Positions 8,360 through 18,071 are shown, counted from the stretch's first letter. The stretch is 64,000 nt of DNA from Chloroflexota bacterium (GCA_028875055.1 JAPPGG010000072.1:51032-115031); one strand, 5' to 3'. Numbers and translations: made by a program. The notes: generated from the sequence alone by a model not told the origin.

Positions 8360-10951
8360 TCAACTCAGCCAGAAGGTGGAACCGTTGATGTCCTTCTGCA
8401 CTTCAATGCGCACCGGGAACATATCCTTTAAATCGTCCAGGTGGGTAATGACAATAATCTTGTCAAAGTCGTCCTCGATGGCGCTGATGACATCCAGGAT
8501 TCTCTCCCGCCCGGAAGCGTCCTGGGTACCAAATCCCTCGTCAATGAACAGCGTTGGCAGGGGTGCGCCCGTGCGCTGGGACAATACCCGGGACAGCGCG
8601 ATGCGCAGCGCCAGGTTAACCCGGAAGGCTTCTCCCCCGCTGTACATTTCGTAGGCGCGCGACCCCAGTTCGTCGCTCACATTGATTTCCAGGGTCTCGA
8701 TGGGTTCGCCAGCCCCGGAGCGGCGTTCCCGCTGGGTCTCCAGCTTTACGTGCATGCGGTTATCGGTCATCCGACCCAGCAGCAGGTTGGTCTCCTCTTC
8801 CAGGCGGGGCACCACAGTCTCAATCAACATGGCCTGGACTCCCTGGCGGCCAAAGGCCCCCACCAGTTCCTGGTAGATGCCCTGCGCTTCCTGGGCCTGC
8901 TTCTGCTCCCCCTCGGCCCTTTCTATTTCGTTCCCCAGGTTCCTCGCCTGCTCCAGCCGGCCCTCCAGCAGGCCCTTGTTGGCCAGGGCCGCCCGCTGCT
9001 GGTTATCCATAACCTCCATGGCCTGGGAAGTCTGTGCCAGTCGGGCCTCAACGCCGGGCAGTCCGGCAATGGACTCTTCCGCTTCGGCAATTGTCCGGTT
9101 CAACTCCTCCAGGTCCTTGCTCACCCTCTCGAGCAACTCCGAGCCCTGCTTCTGGGCGTTCCTGTCCAGCGCCAGCTGCCTTTGGGCCGAATCTAACCTG
9201 ACCTTCAGCTCCCCAAAGGGCTGAAGCTTCCTGACCGCTTCCACAGTCTCGCGGTAGGTGGCCTCATCGTAGCTTAACCTCTTCAGCTCTTGTTCAATTG
9301 TCTCCAGCTGAGACCGTTCGCTCTGGGCAAACGTTCCGTCATTCAGGCGAGCGGCCATCGCGCCAAGCTGGGTTTCCGCAGTTGCCAGTTCTTCCCCGGC
9401 TGCCCGCGCCGCCAGCAGCTGGGTCTCGGCTCGGGCCGCCTCTTCCCGCCACCGGTTCGACTCCGCGGCGAGCGCCCGTTCCCGGTTGTCCAGCTCTCGT
9501 TCCAGCTCCTTTTTTTCCTTTTCCAGGCCCTGCAGATTGCTGCGATTGGCCCGGTACAGCTCTCGTTTCTCCGCGATTTCCTTCTCGTAATTGCGGGCCA
9601 GGCGGGAGCAACCATCCTCGCTGAGTGGCGACAGGCAAAGGGGACATACCACGCTGTCGGGGTCGGCGCCGCTCAGGAGGCCCAGTTTCTCCTTGATTTG
9701 CTCCCCCTCCGCCTGGTAGCGGGCTGCCACTGATTGTGCTTCCCCCACTCCCGTGGCCAGCCCTTGGATTCTGTGCCGCAACTCGGCCAGTCCCGGCTCT
9801 GCGGATGTCACCTCTTCAAGCCTTTCCCGACACTCATTCAGCAAAGCGTCCAGAGCCGCCTCGGACGCTGCCACCGGCGACAGGCGCTCCTTTATTCGTC
9901 TCCGCAGTTGGCGGGCCTCGGTTTCCAGCCGGGTTTTTTCCACCTCGATGACTCGGCTCAGCTCCCCCTGCTCCCGGCGGAGGCTTTCGAACTCCTGCCG
10001 GGTCGCTTCCATGCTGGCAAAGCGATTCTGCCCCGCCTCAAGCTCAAGCGCGCCCGCTTCAATCTGCGGAGCCTTTGCAATCAATGCCTCGTGGTCCCTG
10101 ACCCGGAGTTCTGCGGCCTCGATTTCCGACTGTATTCTTCCCGACTCCGCGGTTGCCTGCTTCAGGCGGCTGCGGCGTTCACCCAGTTCCGATTCCTGCT
10201 GACGCAAAAGCGTAAGGTTGTTTCTCAGGTCCTGGGCGTCCCTTCGCAAGGGTTCCAGGCCTGCCTCCAGCTCCGCCAGTTGGCGGTTAACCGCTGCCAG
10301 TTCCGCCGCCGGGTCGCCGATGGCTTCCAGGTCCGCCTGCATCTGCTGGACCCGGCCCAGGAGGCGGTCTGCGTTGCTTCGCGACTCTACCAGCCGTTCC
10401 CTCGCCCGGGCCTGGAAACGGTCATAGGCCTCCAGGCCAAGGATGGAAGCCAAAAGGGCCTTCCTTTCCGCCGGGGTCTTGCTGGTAAATTCGTCGGCCC
10501 GGCCCTGCATCAGAAAGGCGGAATTGATGAAGGTCTCGTACTCCATCCCCACCAGTTGCTCTATCCTGGCCTGGGTTTCCCGCACCGAATTGCCGGAAAC
10601 AACCTGGGTGGCATTCCCGTCTTCGGACACCACCATCAGCTGCAGGTCCGTGGCCCCCTGGCGCCGCCGACCACCACCCCGCCGCCGGCTGCGAATGGCG
10701 CGGAATCGGCCATCCCTGGTCAGGAATTCCAGCTCCACCCTCGCGTCATCGGCGCCGTAGGACACCAGGTCATCCTGCACCTGTCCTCGCGCCTGTCCCC
10801 ACAGGCACCAGGTAATGGCGTCGAGCAGGGCGGACTTGCCGTGGCCGTTGTCGCCGCACAAGCAGGCGACGTGAAGACCGGTAAAGTCCAGGACCGGCAC
10901 ATTTTCCCGGTAGGAGAGGAAGTTCCTGATGTTGAGCTTGATGGGGATCAA
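8360..10951 (-). CDS. sbcC: SbcC/Rad50-family SMC-like ATPase
   Basis: N-terminal Walker A (GDNGHGKSALLDAI), long coiled coil and a central CPLC zinc hook. C-terminal signature YSGGEAF, Walker B LFIDEGFG and ITH. Confidence 0.9.
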   Translation of the reverse strand: MIPIKLNIRNFLSYRENVPVLDFTGLHVACLCGDNGHGKSALLDAITWCLWGQARGQVQDDLVSYGADDARVELEFLTRDGRFRAIRSRRRGGGRRRQGATDLQLMVVSEDGNATQVVSGNSVRETQARIEQLVGMEYETFINSAFLMQGRADEFTSKTPAERKALLASILGLEAYDRFQARARERLVESRSNADRLLGRVQQMQADLEAIGDPAAELAAVNRQLAELEAGLEPLRRDAQDLRNNLTLLRQQESELGERRSRLKQATAESGRIQSEIEAAELRVRDHEALIAKAPQIEAGALELEAGQNRFASMEATRQEFESLRREQGELSRVIEVEKTRLETEARQLRRRIKERLSPVAASEAALDALLNECRERLEEVTSAEPGLAELRHRIQGLATGVGEAQSVAARYQAEGEQIKEKLGLLSGADPDSVVCPLCLSPLSEDGCSRLARNYEKEIAEKRELYRANRSNLQGLEKEKKELERELDNRERALAAESNRWREEAARAETQLLAARAAGEELATAETQLGAMAARLNDGTFAQSERSQLETIEQELKRLSYDEATYRETVEAVRKLQPFGELKVRLDSAQRQLALDRNAQKQGSELLERVSKDLEELNRTIAEAEESIAGLPGVEARLAQTSQAMEVMDNQQRAALANKGLLEGRLEQARNLGNEIERAEGEQKQAQEAQGIYQELVGAFGRQGVQAMLIETVVPRLEEETNLLLGRMTDNRMHVKLETQRERRSGAGEPIETLEINVSDELGSRAYEMYSGGEAFRVNLALRIALSRVLSQRTGAPLPTLFIDEGFGTQDASGRERILDVISAIEDDFDKIIVITHLDDLKDMFPVRIEVQKDINGSTFWLS

Positions 10952-11204
10952 CTGAGAAGAACACCTGTAGCTGGCTTGAAGGAGAGACTCCTGGCAGGCA
11001 TTCTAGCACAGCGCCACTTGTCATAATGCGGACAGGGACTTGCAAACCTGGCATCGTTGGCTGGGGTTGGCGCAGCCGGCCCGGGAGAACTCTCGCCATG
11101 CAACTGCGCAGGCCTGAACCAGCCGAAGGAGGCAAATTTTCGGCTCGGCGGTGGGTTATGAGTCCCGATGCCAGGGTGGGAGGGACGGACTTGGCCGCTC
11201 CGGG

Positions 11205-11245
11205 TTCGCTCAGCATGATGTTTAATTGGAGCGCGGTTGCGCGGG
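11205..11245 (+). repeat. Partial copy (3' part) of the family-A intergenic element
   Basis: TTCGCTCAGCATGATGTTTAATTGGAGCGCGGTTGCGCGGG parallels TTCGCTCAGCATGACATTCAATTAAAACGCGATTGCCCTGG at 46178-46218. Confidence 0.5.
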
Positions 11246-11316
11246 TACTTCCTATCTCTAGCTGTAATACGGGGGAACCGTCTGATAATATGGACTGCGA
11301 AATGTGGACTGAATTA

Positions 11317-11364
11317 GGCGCCGGGTCTCCCCTGCCAGCAAGCTCCTGTTGAGACCCGGACGCC
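11317..11364 (+). promoter_or_regulatory. Strong stem-loop abutting the ffh ribosome-binding site
   Basis: GGCGCCGGGTCTC (11317-11329) pairs with GAGACCCGGACGCC (11351-11364). That gives 13 bp with one bulged A and a 21-nt loop. GGAG lies at 11366-11369 and the ATG at 11376. Confidence 0.4.
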
Positions 11365-11375
11365 TGGAGTAGCAA

Positions 11376-12707
11376 ATGTTTGAGAGTCTGACCGACAAAC
11401 TGACCGGAATATTCAATCGCCTGTCCAGCAAGGGCCGCCTGACCGAAAAGGACATCGACGATGCCCTGGCCCAGGTGCGCCGTTCCCTGCTGGAGGCCGA
11501 CGTGAATTTCCGGGTCGCCCGCGACTTTGTCGCCCGGGTCAAGGAAAGGTCCATGGGCGCCGACGTCCTGGAAAGCCTGACCCCCGGGCAGCAGGTGGTG
11601 AAAATTGTCCACGAGGAGCTGATCGAGATTCTCAGTGGCGGCGACCACCGTCTCACCCCCGCCAGCCAGCTCCCCTCAGTGCTCATGCTGGTGGGGCTGC
11701 AGGGTTCCGGCAAGACTACCACCGCAGCCAAGCTCGCCCTGCAATTGAGGAGGCAGGGCCACACCTCCATGCTCATTGCGGCGGACCTGCGGCGTCCGGC
11801 GGCGATTTCCCAGTTGGAAACCCTGGGCCGCCAGCTTGATGTTCCCGTTTACTCTGAAGAGCCCAACAAATCGAGCGTCCCCCAGGTCGTCAGGAATGGC
11901 GTGGAGCGGGCCAGGCAGCAGGGCATGACCTGGGCCATCATTGACACCGGTGGCCGCCTGCACATAGACGACGAACTAATGGAGGAGCTGGAGCAGGCCA
12001 GGAGCGTGGCCCAGCCTCACGAGACCCTGCTGGTGGTGGACGCCATGACCGGCCAGGACGCCGTCAATGCCGCCCAGGAGTTTCATGACCGTATCGGCCT
12101 GTCCGGGTTGGTGATGACCAAGATGGACGGCGACGCCCGGGGTGGCGCCGCCCTTTCCGTCACGCGCGTTACCGGGGTTCCCATCAAGTTTATGGGCGTG
12201 GGCGAGAGGCCCGACGGGCTGGAACAGTACCATCCCGACCGCCTGGCCTCCCGAATCCTGGCCATGGGTGACGTGCTTACCCTGATTGAAAAGGCCCAGG
12301 AGGCGGTTGACGAAAACCAGGCCAAGGAACTGGAACGCAAGTTCCGGGAGGCGACCTTCGACCTGGAAGACTTCCTTCAGCAGATTCAGAGCGTCAAGAA
12401 GATGGGTTCCCTGAGCCAGATAATGGAAATGATTCCCGGCATGAGCAACATGAACCGCAAGATGCCCACCGATCTCGACGATGACCAGATCAAGCGAGTG
12501 GAGGCCATCATTCAGTCCATGACGCCGGCAGAACGGCGGCGGCCGGAAATCCTCAACGGTAGCCGACGACGGCGCATCGCCCGGGGCAGCGGAACAACCC
12601 CCGCCGACATCAACCGTCTGATGAATCAGTTCAAGCAGACCCAGAAACTGGTCCGCCAGTTCTCCCGCACCCGCAATCCCCGCAGCCTTATGCGCATGTT
12701 CCAGTAG
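11376..12707 (+). CDS. ffh: Signal recognition particle protein Ffh
   Basis: MFESLTDKL start, GLQGSGKTTT G1 motif, DTGGR, and a Met-rich M domain at the C-terminus. Confidence 0.97.
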   Translation: MFESLTDKLTGIFNRLSSKGRLTEKDIDDALAQVRRSLLEADVNFRVARDFVARVKERSMGADVLESLTPGQQVVKIVHEELIEILSGGDHRLTPASQLPSVLMLVGLQGSGKTTTAAKLALQLRRQGHTSMLIAADLRRPAAISQLETLGRQLDVPVYSEEPNKSSVPQVVRNGVERARQQGMTWAIIDTGGRLHIDDELMEELEQARSVAQPHETLLVVDAMTGQDAVNAAQEFHDRIGLSGLVMTKMDGDARGGAALSVTRVTGVPIKFMGVGERPDGLEQYHPDRLASRILAMGDVLTLIEKAQEAVDENQAKELERKFREATFDLEDFLQQIQSVKKMGSLSQIMEMIPGMSNMNRKMPTDLDDDQIKRVEAIIQSMTPAERRRPEILNGSRRRRIARGSGTTPADINRLMNQFKQTQKLVRQFSRTRNPRSLMRMFQ

Positions 12708-12860
12708 GGGTCCCGTAGGCTGCGGAGTCCCCGGCTGACATCAACCTGGACGGCGCTTCCCCGTGTTAGCGGCCATTCCCTGCGCCCGGACCTTGCAGGG
12801 TAGTCCCGCCGAAGAAGCGGGAAGCCGTTACCTGCCCATCGGACCTGGTCCGGGAGCAGA

Positions 12861-13814
12861 CTAACCCGGCGTGCAGGCGCTGCTTCCCGAAACTGTCACC
12901 TCCTGCCCCTTTCCGGTCCTCAGGGCGGCAAAAAGGTATGAGGTGGCCAGCGAGCGGAAGGGCGCCCACCGCAGGGAATAGTCAGCCAGCTCGGCATCCG
13001 TCAGCGCCTCTCCCCCAAAGTACAGCTGGGACACTATGCGTCTCAGTGCCAGGTCTCCAATCGGGAATGCGTCCGGCCGTCCCAGGGCCCGTGACATCAC
13101 CCATTGGGCCGACCACATGCCCACGCCTCTCAGCGATGTGACCTCCTTAATAACTTCCTCGTCCGGAAGCACCGCGACCCGGTCCAGCCCGCCGGGCGTT
13201 TCCAGCTCCGCCAGGGCCAGCCCATGCAGATACTCCGCCTTCCGCTGGCTGAGCTTCATCCCGCGTAACTCGGCAACTCCGGCCTCGGCTATCTCCCTGG
13301 GCCTCGGAAAGGCGTAGTGGGTCTCGCCCTGCACCGTCAGGCGCGGTCCGTAGGTCTCAATCATCAACGCCCGTATGACCCTGGCCACGCTGGCCGAAAG
13401 CTGCTGCCCCAGAATCGCCTGGGCAATGGTCTCAAATACCGACAGGGACAGGGTCTGGTGCATCCCGTAGAAGGTCTCCACGAGGTTCGCCATCACCGGG
13501 TCTTCGCTGGCAGACTCGTAGAAGGGCCGCAGGTCCTGGCCTGTCCCCAACAGTTTCTCGATTTGCGCCCGGGCCAGCGACACCTCCGGCTTCGTCAGCT
13601 CGTTGCCCGCCAGCTCGACCCGCAGCTCCGGAGAGGAAGCGTCACCGTTGAATTGCACCGTGGCCAGGGCCAGTGTCCCCTCCAGGTCCAGCAGGCGCCG
13701 GTAAGAGTCGCTTCCATCCTCCTGGCCCTTCCGGAAGTAAGGCTGGTTCTCCGACGTGGCTTCAAAGTCGAAAGGCGCGGCAGGCTGGACCAGGAAGCTA
13801 TGGGCAGTCATCAT
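12861..13814 (-). CDS. alkA: DNA-3-methyladenine glycosylase II (AlkA-like, HhH-GPD)
   Basis: HhH motif LRGVGMWSAQWVM and PIGDLAL (catalytic Asp region). I place the start at ATG 13814 because it forms an ATGATGA overlap with the upstream stop. The 104 extra N-terminal codons of the track ORF are G/R/P-rich and overlap thpR. Confidence 0.85.
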   Translation of the reverse strand: MMTAHSFLVQPAAPFDFEATSENQPYFRKGQEDGSDSYRRLLDLEGTLALATVQFNGDASSPELRVELAGNELTKPEVSLARAQIEKLLGTGQDLRPFYESASEDPVMANLVETFYGMHQTLSLSVFETIAQAILGQQLSASVARVIRALMIETYGPRLTVQGETHYAFPRPREIAEAGVAELRGMKLSQRKAEYLHGLALAELETPGGLDRVAVLPDEEVIKEVTSLRGVGMWSAQWVMSRALGRPDAFPIGDLALRRIVSQLYFGGEALTDAELADYSLRWAPFRSLATSYLFAALRTGKGQEVTVSGSSACTPG

Positions 13815-14425
13815 GCCGCTCCTCCTTTTCCCTTCAGCGAGGCAGACCCTATGGAATCGTAAATAGCCCCGCCGGGAGTCAGTGTGCTGCGAATGAGATG
13901 GACTTCCCCCACCTGCCACTCCACTCTCTGTGGAGGAGTGGCTTGTTGAATCGCCTGACCTATCCTGCGGCGCTGCTCCGGGGCAACCTGGTCTCGGACG
14001 CGCCCCAGGGTGAGGTGCGGTCTGAAGGGCCGCCGCTCCCGGGCAAAGCCCGCGTCTTCCAGGCACCCGTCCGTCAGTCCCTGCAAATGTTCCAGCGCCT
14101 CCATGTCCCCGCTGACGCCAGCCCAAAGCACCCGGGGCTCGCGCGGGTTTGGAAACACGCCAAGGCCCGACAGGGCCAGCCGAAAGTTGGCCGGTTCAAA
14201 CTCCCGGGCGGCCTTATCCATTGCCGCCTGTATGTCTCCAACCCTTGCAGTTGACACGTCGCCCAGGAACTTCAGGGTAAGGTGGATCCCCTCCGGCCTC
14301 ACCCAGTGTATTCCCTGCTGCAGGTTGTCCTGGAGGTCCGCCACTGCCTGCCGCAGTGTTTCCTTGGCTGCCTCCGGCAGATCTATAGCAACAAAGACGC
14401 GGACGGTGTCGTCGTTGCGGTTCAT
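13811..14425 (-). CDS. thpR: RNA 2',3'-cyclic phosphodiesterase (ThpR/LigT, 2H phosphoesterase)
   Basis: Two HxT motifs, HLTLKFLG and PHLTLGRV. I place the start at 14425 because of an ATGA overlap with the mug stop. Confidence 0.85.
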   Translation of the reverse strand: MNRNDDTVRVFVAIDLPEAAKETLRQAVADLQDNLQQGIHWVRPEGIHLTLKFLGDVSTARVGDIQAAMDKAAREFEPANFRLALSGLGVFPNPREPRVLWAGVSGDMEALEHLQGLTDGCLEDAGFARERRPFRPHLTLGRVRDQVAPEQRRRIGQAIQQATPPQRVEWQVGEVHLIRSTLTPGGAIYDSIGSASLKGKGGAA

Positions 14426-15003
14426 TTTGGCAACTCGTCCCGGTACTTGGCCAGCCTTCTGTACCACTCCGCCAGATCATCCAGGGAATACTGAGCATTG
14501 GCGGGACTGGGATTCGGAATCAAGTAAATTCGGGTGCCGCCGATAGTGCGTTCCTGTGGTCCCAGTTCCGGACGTTCAATGGCGCCCTCTGCGTACTTCA
14601 AATACGCCTTGTAGCCCGTCATGCCGTGGAAGCAGGCGATTCGCGGCTGGAAATGTTCGAGCTTCTGCTTCAGCGCCGGCGCCCACTGCCGGTAGTCCGC
14701 CGCTCTCAGTCCCGAGGCCTGGGGGGTGGGCCGTTTCACGACGTCGGTGAACCCGATTCCATAGTTGCCTAGCTCCCCGTCCCGCTCAGGACCCAGTTCT
14801 TCTCCCACCAGTCCCGACCGGTTCAGAGCGGGCCAGAACCGGTTTCGCGGGTTGGCGAAATAGTGCCCCACCCGGACCGAGTAGCTGGAAGGGTTCAGCC
14901 CGACGAAGACTATATCCAGCCCCGGTCGCAGGTAGTCGGTGAGGGTTTCAAAATCCTGCTGTTGCACCGAATCGCCTGCGTCCTGATGCTCGCCGTTCTG
15001 CAA
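14422..15003 (-). CDS. mug: G/U mismatch-specific DNA glycosylase (Mug, UDG family 2)
   Basis: GLNPSSYSVRVGHYFANPRNRFW parallels E. coli Mug GINPG...HPANRFW. NPSPAN lies near the C-terminus. Confidence 0.85.
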   Translation of the reverse strand: MQNGEHQDAGDSVQQQDFETLTDYLRPGLDIVFVGLNPSSYSVRVGHYFANPRNRFWPALNRSGLVGEELGPERDGELGNYGIGFTDVVKRPTPQASGLRAADYRQWAPALKQKLEHFQPRIACFHGMTGYKAYLKYAEGAIERPELGPQERTIGGTRIYLIPNPSPANAQYSLDDLAEWYRRLAKYRDELPK

Positions 15004-15008
15004 TTTGG

Positions 15009-15857
15009 CTACTCTCCTAGACCCAGCAGCCTTGCAGCGTTTCTGCCCAGAACGGCCCTCTTGTCAGCCTCGCTCATTTCCGATTCTTCCACCTGCCGGA
15101 TCAGCCGGCGGTGCTCCAACAGGGGGTAATCGGTCCCCAGGAGAATCTTGCCCGCGCCAATCGTCCTCGCGGCAATGTCGAAGACCTCCTTCCGGTACAG
15201 GAAAGGCGAGGCCGCCGAATCGAAATACACGTTCTCCAGTTCCCCAGGCACTTCGGGCATCAGGCCGTAGAAGGGCAGTCCTCCCCCCCAGTGGGCGCCG
15301 ATTATCGTATTGTCCGGAAAATTCTGCGCCAGCCGGTAGAGCAGGTCGGGTGTAGTATGCCCTTTCCCGGGGTACTCGTGCCCCACCGGTTCGGAGGTAT
15401 GCAGCAGCAGCGGCAAGCCTAGACTCCGGGCCAGGTCCATCACCGGCGACATAACCTCAAACTCAGATATGTCGAAGCCCTGGCAATCGGGATGAAGTTC
15501 GCCAATGCCCTTCAGGCCGGCGCGGGCGAAACGCTCAACTTCCGCTGTTGCCGCGTCCTTCCCCCAGCATGGGTTGACGGAACCAAAACAGGACAGCCGG
15601 TCTTTGAATCTCTCTGCGGTGTCAATCAGGTAATCGTTGACCTCGCGGGTTATTTCAAGGCTGCACCACCCGAAACCGCAGGCAACCGCGTGGTCCACGC
15701 CTGCCTTGTCCATAGCAGTCAGCAATGACTCGGCAGTCGCCATCTTGCCGCCGCCCCTGGGAAACAGGGCAGCGTATGTGGGATCTTGCGCCGACAGTTC
15801 ATCGTGGCGGTCAGGGAAAGAGGGGGGCAGAATGTGGCAGTGAAAATCGACAATCAT
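15009..15857 (-). CDS. Amidohydrolase-2 (ACMSD-like TIM-barrel metal hydrolase) family protein
   Basis: MIVDFHCHI gives an HxH metal motif at the N-terminus, followed by a TIM-barrel hydrolase-like sequence. The internal ATG at 15857 is preferred over the track start at 15914. Confidence 0.75.
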   Translation of the reverse strand: MIVDFHCHILPPSFPDRHDELSAQDPTYAALFPRGGGKMATAESLLTAMDKAGVDHAVACGFGWCSLEITREVNDYLIDTAERFKDRLSCFGSVNPCWGKDAATAEVERFARAGLKGIGELHPDCQGFDISEFEVMSPVMDLARSLGLPLLLHTSEPVGHEYPGKGHTTPDLLYRLAQNFPDNTIIGAHWGGGLPFYGLMPEVPGELENVYFDSAASPFLYRKEVFDIAARTIGAGKILLGTDYPLLEHRRLIRQVEESEMSEADKRAVLGRNAARLLGLGE

Positions 15858-15941
15858 GAGAAACCAGGGCCGAAAACTCGCGGATGACCGCCCTGAACGG
15901 GACGGTAGTTGCACTCTAAACTATATATGAAATCGCTTGCC

Positions 15942-15970
15942 TAGACACCTTCAACCTGTAGAATTATAAT
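15942..15970 (+). promoter_or_regulatory. Candidate promoter for the split transketolase operon
   Basis: TAGACA (15942-15947), 17-nt spacer, perfect TATAAT (15965-15970), in an AT-rich divergent intergenic region. Confidence 0.4.
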
Positions 15971-16053
15971 CTTGGCGGTCAACTGCATGGAGTCGAAGGA
16001 AATGAAGCGGCAAGGTCGCTTGTAGCGAGTTTAGGGAGTAAAACGGCAGCACT

Positions 16054-16896
16054 ATGATTGGCGGCAGGGCCCCCACAGCGGGGCACACTTACAGCGTCCC
16101 CGAGTTGCAGGCTATGGCCAAGGAACTTCGGCGGGACATAATCCAGACCATCTATACCGCCGGCAGTGGACATCCCGGCGGTTCTCTTTCGGAATTGGAA
16201 ATACTGATTTCCCTGTATTTCCGGGTTATGCGGTACGACCCCGAAAACCCCGGCTGGGCCGACCGCGACAGGTTCATCCTCAGCAAGGGTCACGCCTCCC
16301 CCGGCTTTTATGCCGTTCTTTCTCGTGCCGGTTACTTTCCCAGGGAGGAACTGGCTACCTATCGTCAGCTGAACAGCCGGATCCAGGGCCATGCGCACCC
16401 AATGACACCCGGCGTGGAAATGAACTCGGGTTCTCTTGGCATGGGTCTGTCCTTCGCCCTGGGTTGCGCCCTCGCTGCGCGCTTGGACGGCAAGGACTAC
16501 ATGGTTTACGCCCTTCTTGGCGACGGCGAGTGCGACGAGGGCGAAATCTGGGAGGCCGCCATGTCCGCTGCCCACCACAAGGCTACCAACCTGGTGGCCA
16601 TTGTGGACCGCAACCGCATTCAAAACGACCGGTTCACCGACGACGTTATGACTCTCGACCCCCTGGACAGGAAATGGCGAGATTTTGGCTGGCGTGTTTT
16701 TGAGACCGATGGCCACGACCTGCCGGCGCTGCTGGACACATTTGAGAAGACCCAGCGTCGCCGCACCAGGCCGACGGTAATCATCGCCCACACGGTCAAG
16801 GGCAAGGGGGTCAGCTTCATGGAAAACAACCCCGGCTTCCACGGCCGGGCTCCCAACGCCGACGAATATCAGAAAGCACTGGAGGAACTGGCCTGA
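16054..16896 (+). CDS. tkt: Transketolase, N-terminal (TPP-binding) subunit
   Basis: SGHPGGSLS, GHASP and GDGECDEGEIWEA motifs. 280 aa, typical of split transketolase. Confidence 0.92.
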   Translation: MIGGRAPTAGHTYSVPELQAMAKELRRDIIQTIYTAGSGHPGGSLSELEILISLYFRVMRYDPENPGWADRDRFILSKGHASPGFYAVLSRAGYFPREELATYRQLNSRIQGHAHPMTPGVEMNSGSLGMGLSFALGCALAARLDGKDYMVYALLGDGECDEGEIWEAAMSAAHHKATNLVAIVDRNRIQNDRFTDDVMTLDPLDRKWRDFGWRVFETDGHDLPALLDTFEKTQRRRTRPTVIIAHTVKGKGVSFMENNPGFHGRAPNADEYQKALEELA

Positions 16897-17843
16897 TGGT
16901 GGCGCAACGGAAAATGGCCTCAACCCGCCAAACCTATGGCGAAACCCTGCTGGATATGGCCGATTCCTTTCCTGACATTGTGGTGCTGGGTGGCGACCTG
17001 AACGTCTCTGTCTTTACCCACCTTTGGCGTGACAAGTACCCCGAGCGGTTCTTCGATTTCGGACCGGCTGAGCAGAACCTGGTCGGAGTCGGCGCCGGCC
17101 TGGCCGCCAATGGCAAAATTCCCTTCGTAAGCACCTTCAGCGTGTTTGGCGTAGGGCGCCCGTTTGACCAACTGCGTGTTCTGGTCTCCCAGGGCAACCT
17201 GAACATGAAGCTGGTCTGCACCCACGCCGGCATTCTTACCGGGGAGGACGGCATGTCCGCCCACGGCATCGAAGACCTGTCCCTTATTTGTTCCCTTCCC
17301 GCTTTCACCGTAGTTTCGCCGGCCGACTCCGTTGAGACCGTACAAGCCATCAAGACTGCCGCCAGCACTGAGGGTCCCTTTTACATCCGGCTCTCCCGGG
17401 CGGCTACCCCCGTGGTGCACGAGGAGGATTACCGGTTCCAACTGGGGAAAGCGGAGGTAATGCGCGAAGGTTCCGACGTAACCATCTTTGCCACGGGCGT
17501 AATGGTTTCGGTAAGCCTGGACGCCGCCGATATGCTGGCCGCCCAGGGTGTGGAGGCGCGAGTGGTGAACATTCACACCCTGAAGCCGGTGGACGAAGAG
17601 GCAATAGTTGCCGGGGCCAGGGAGACCGGCGCGGTGGTTTCCGCTGAGGAGCATTACTTTCACGGCGGGCTGGGCAGCATAGTGGCCCAGGTGGTGGGTC
17701 AGAACCAACCGGTACCGGTGGAAATGGTTGCCCTGCAGGGTTACAGCGAGTCGGCCAGGGCCGAAGAACTTATGGTCAAGTGCGGCCTTACCCCCGAGAA
17801 GGTCAAGGACGCTGCCCTCAAGGCAGTGGCCCGCAAGAAATAG
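16896..17843 (+). CDS. tkt: Transketolase, C-terminal (pyrimidine-binding) subunit
   Basis: Start overlaps the upstream stop (TGATG). FDFGPAEQNLVGVGAGLA and HAGILTGEDGMSAHGIEDL motifs. Confidence 0.92.
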   Translation: MVAQRKMASTRQTYGETLLDMADSFPDIVVLGGDLNVSVFTHLWRDKYPERFFDFGPAEQNLVGVGAGLAANGKIPFVSTFSVFGVGRPFDQLRVLVSQGNLNMKLVCTHAGILTGEDGMSAHGIEDLSLICSLPAFTVVSPADSVETVQAIKTAASTEGPFYIRLSRAATPVVHEEDYRFQLGKAEVMREGSDVTIFATGVMVSVSLDAADMLAAQGVEARVVNIHTLKPVDEEAIVAGARETGAVVSAEEHYFHGGLGSIVAQVVGQNQPVPVEMVALQGYSESARAEELMVKCGLTPEKVKDAALKAVARKK

Positions 17844-17878
17844 TCGCCGGCCAGGGCTGATGCCCGCAGAATCTCTCA

Positions 17879-17901
17879 GGGGCAGCCACTTCGGCTGCCC
17901 C
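17879..17901 (+). terminator. Stem-loop after the transketolase operon
   Basis: GGGGCAGCC-ACTTC-GGCTGCCCC gives a 9-bp GC stem. The T-tract (TACCATTT) is weak. Confidence 0.45.
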
Positions 17902-18071
17902 TACCATTTGCCCATTACCCTCAATTGCGTCGATTCACGCTTCAGGGAATGGGTCCACAAAAGAACCGGAGCAGGTCAATTACCTGCCCCGGTCTTGTGC
18001 TCTCGTGCAAATGGCGCCATCTGATGCAAAGGCAGCCGGACCCGCCTTCTCGTACAACTCTTCGGCCCCGC

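Noticed and set aside
13815-14126. N-terminal extension of the AlkA ORF (421-aa version in the track). Similar extensions occur for 32761-33816, 51962-52756, 52861-54693, 24454-25233, 15009-15914 and 55969-57057.
   Set aside because: The extensions overlap upstream genes or repeats, and are R/G/P-rich. Internal starts have proper SD sequences or ATGA overlaps, and homologous families begin at the internal start.
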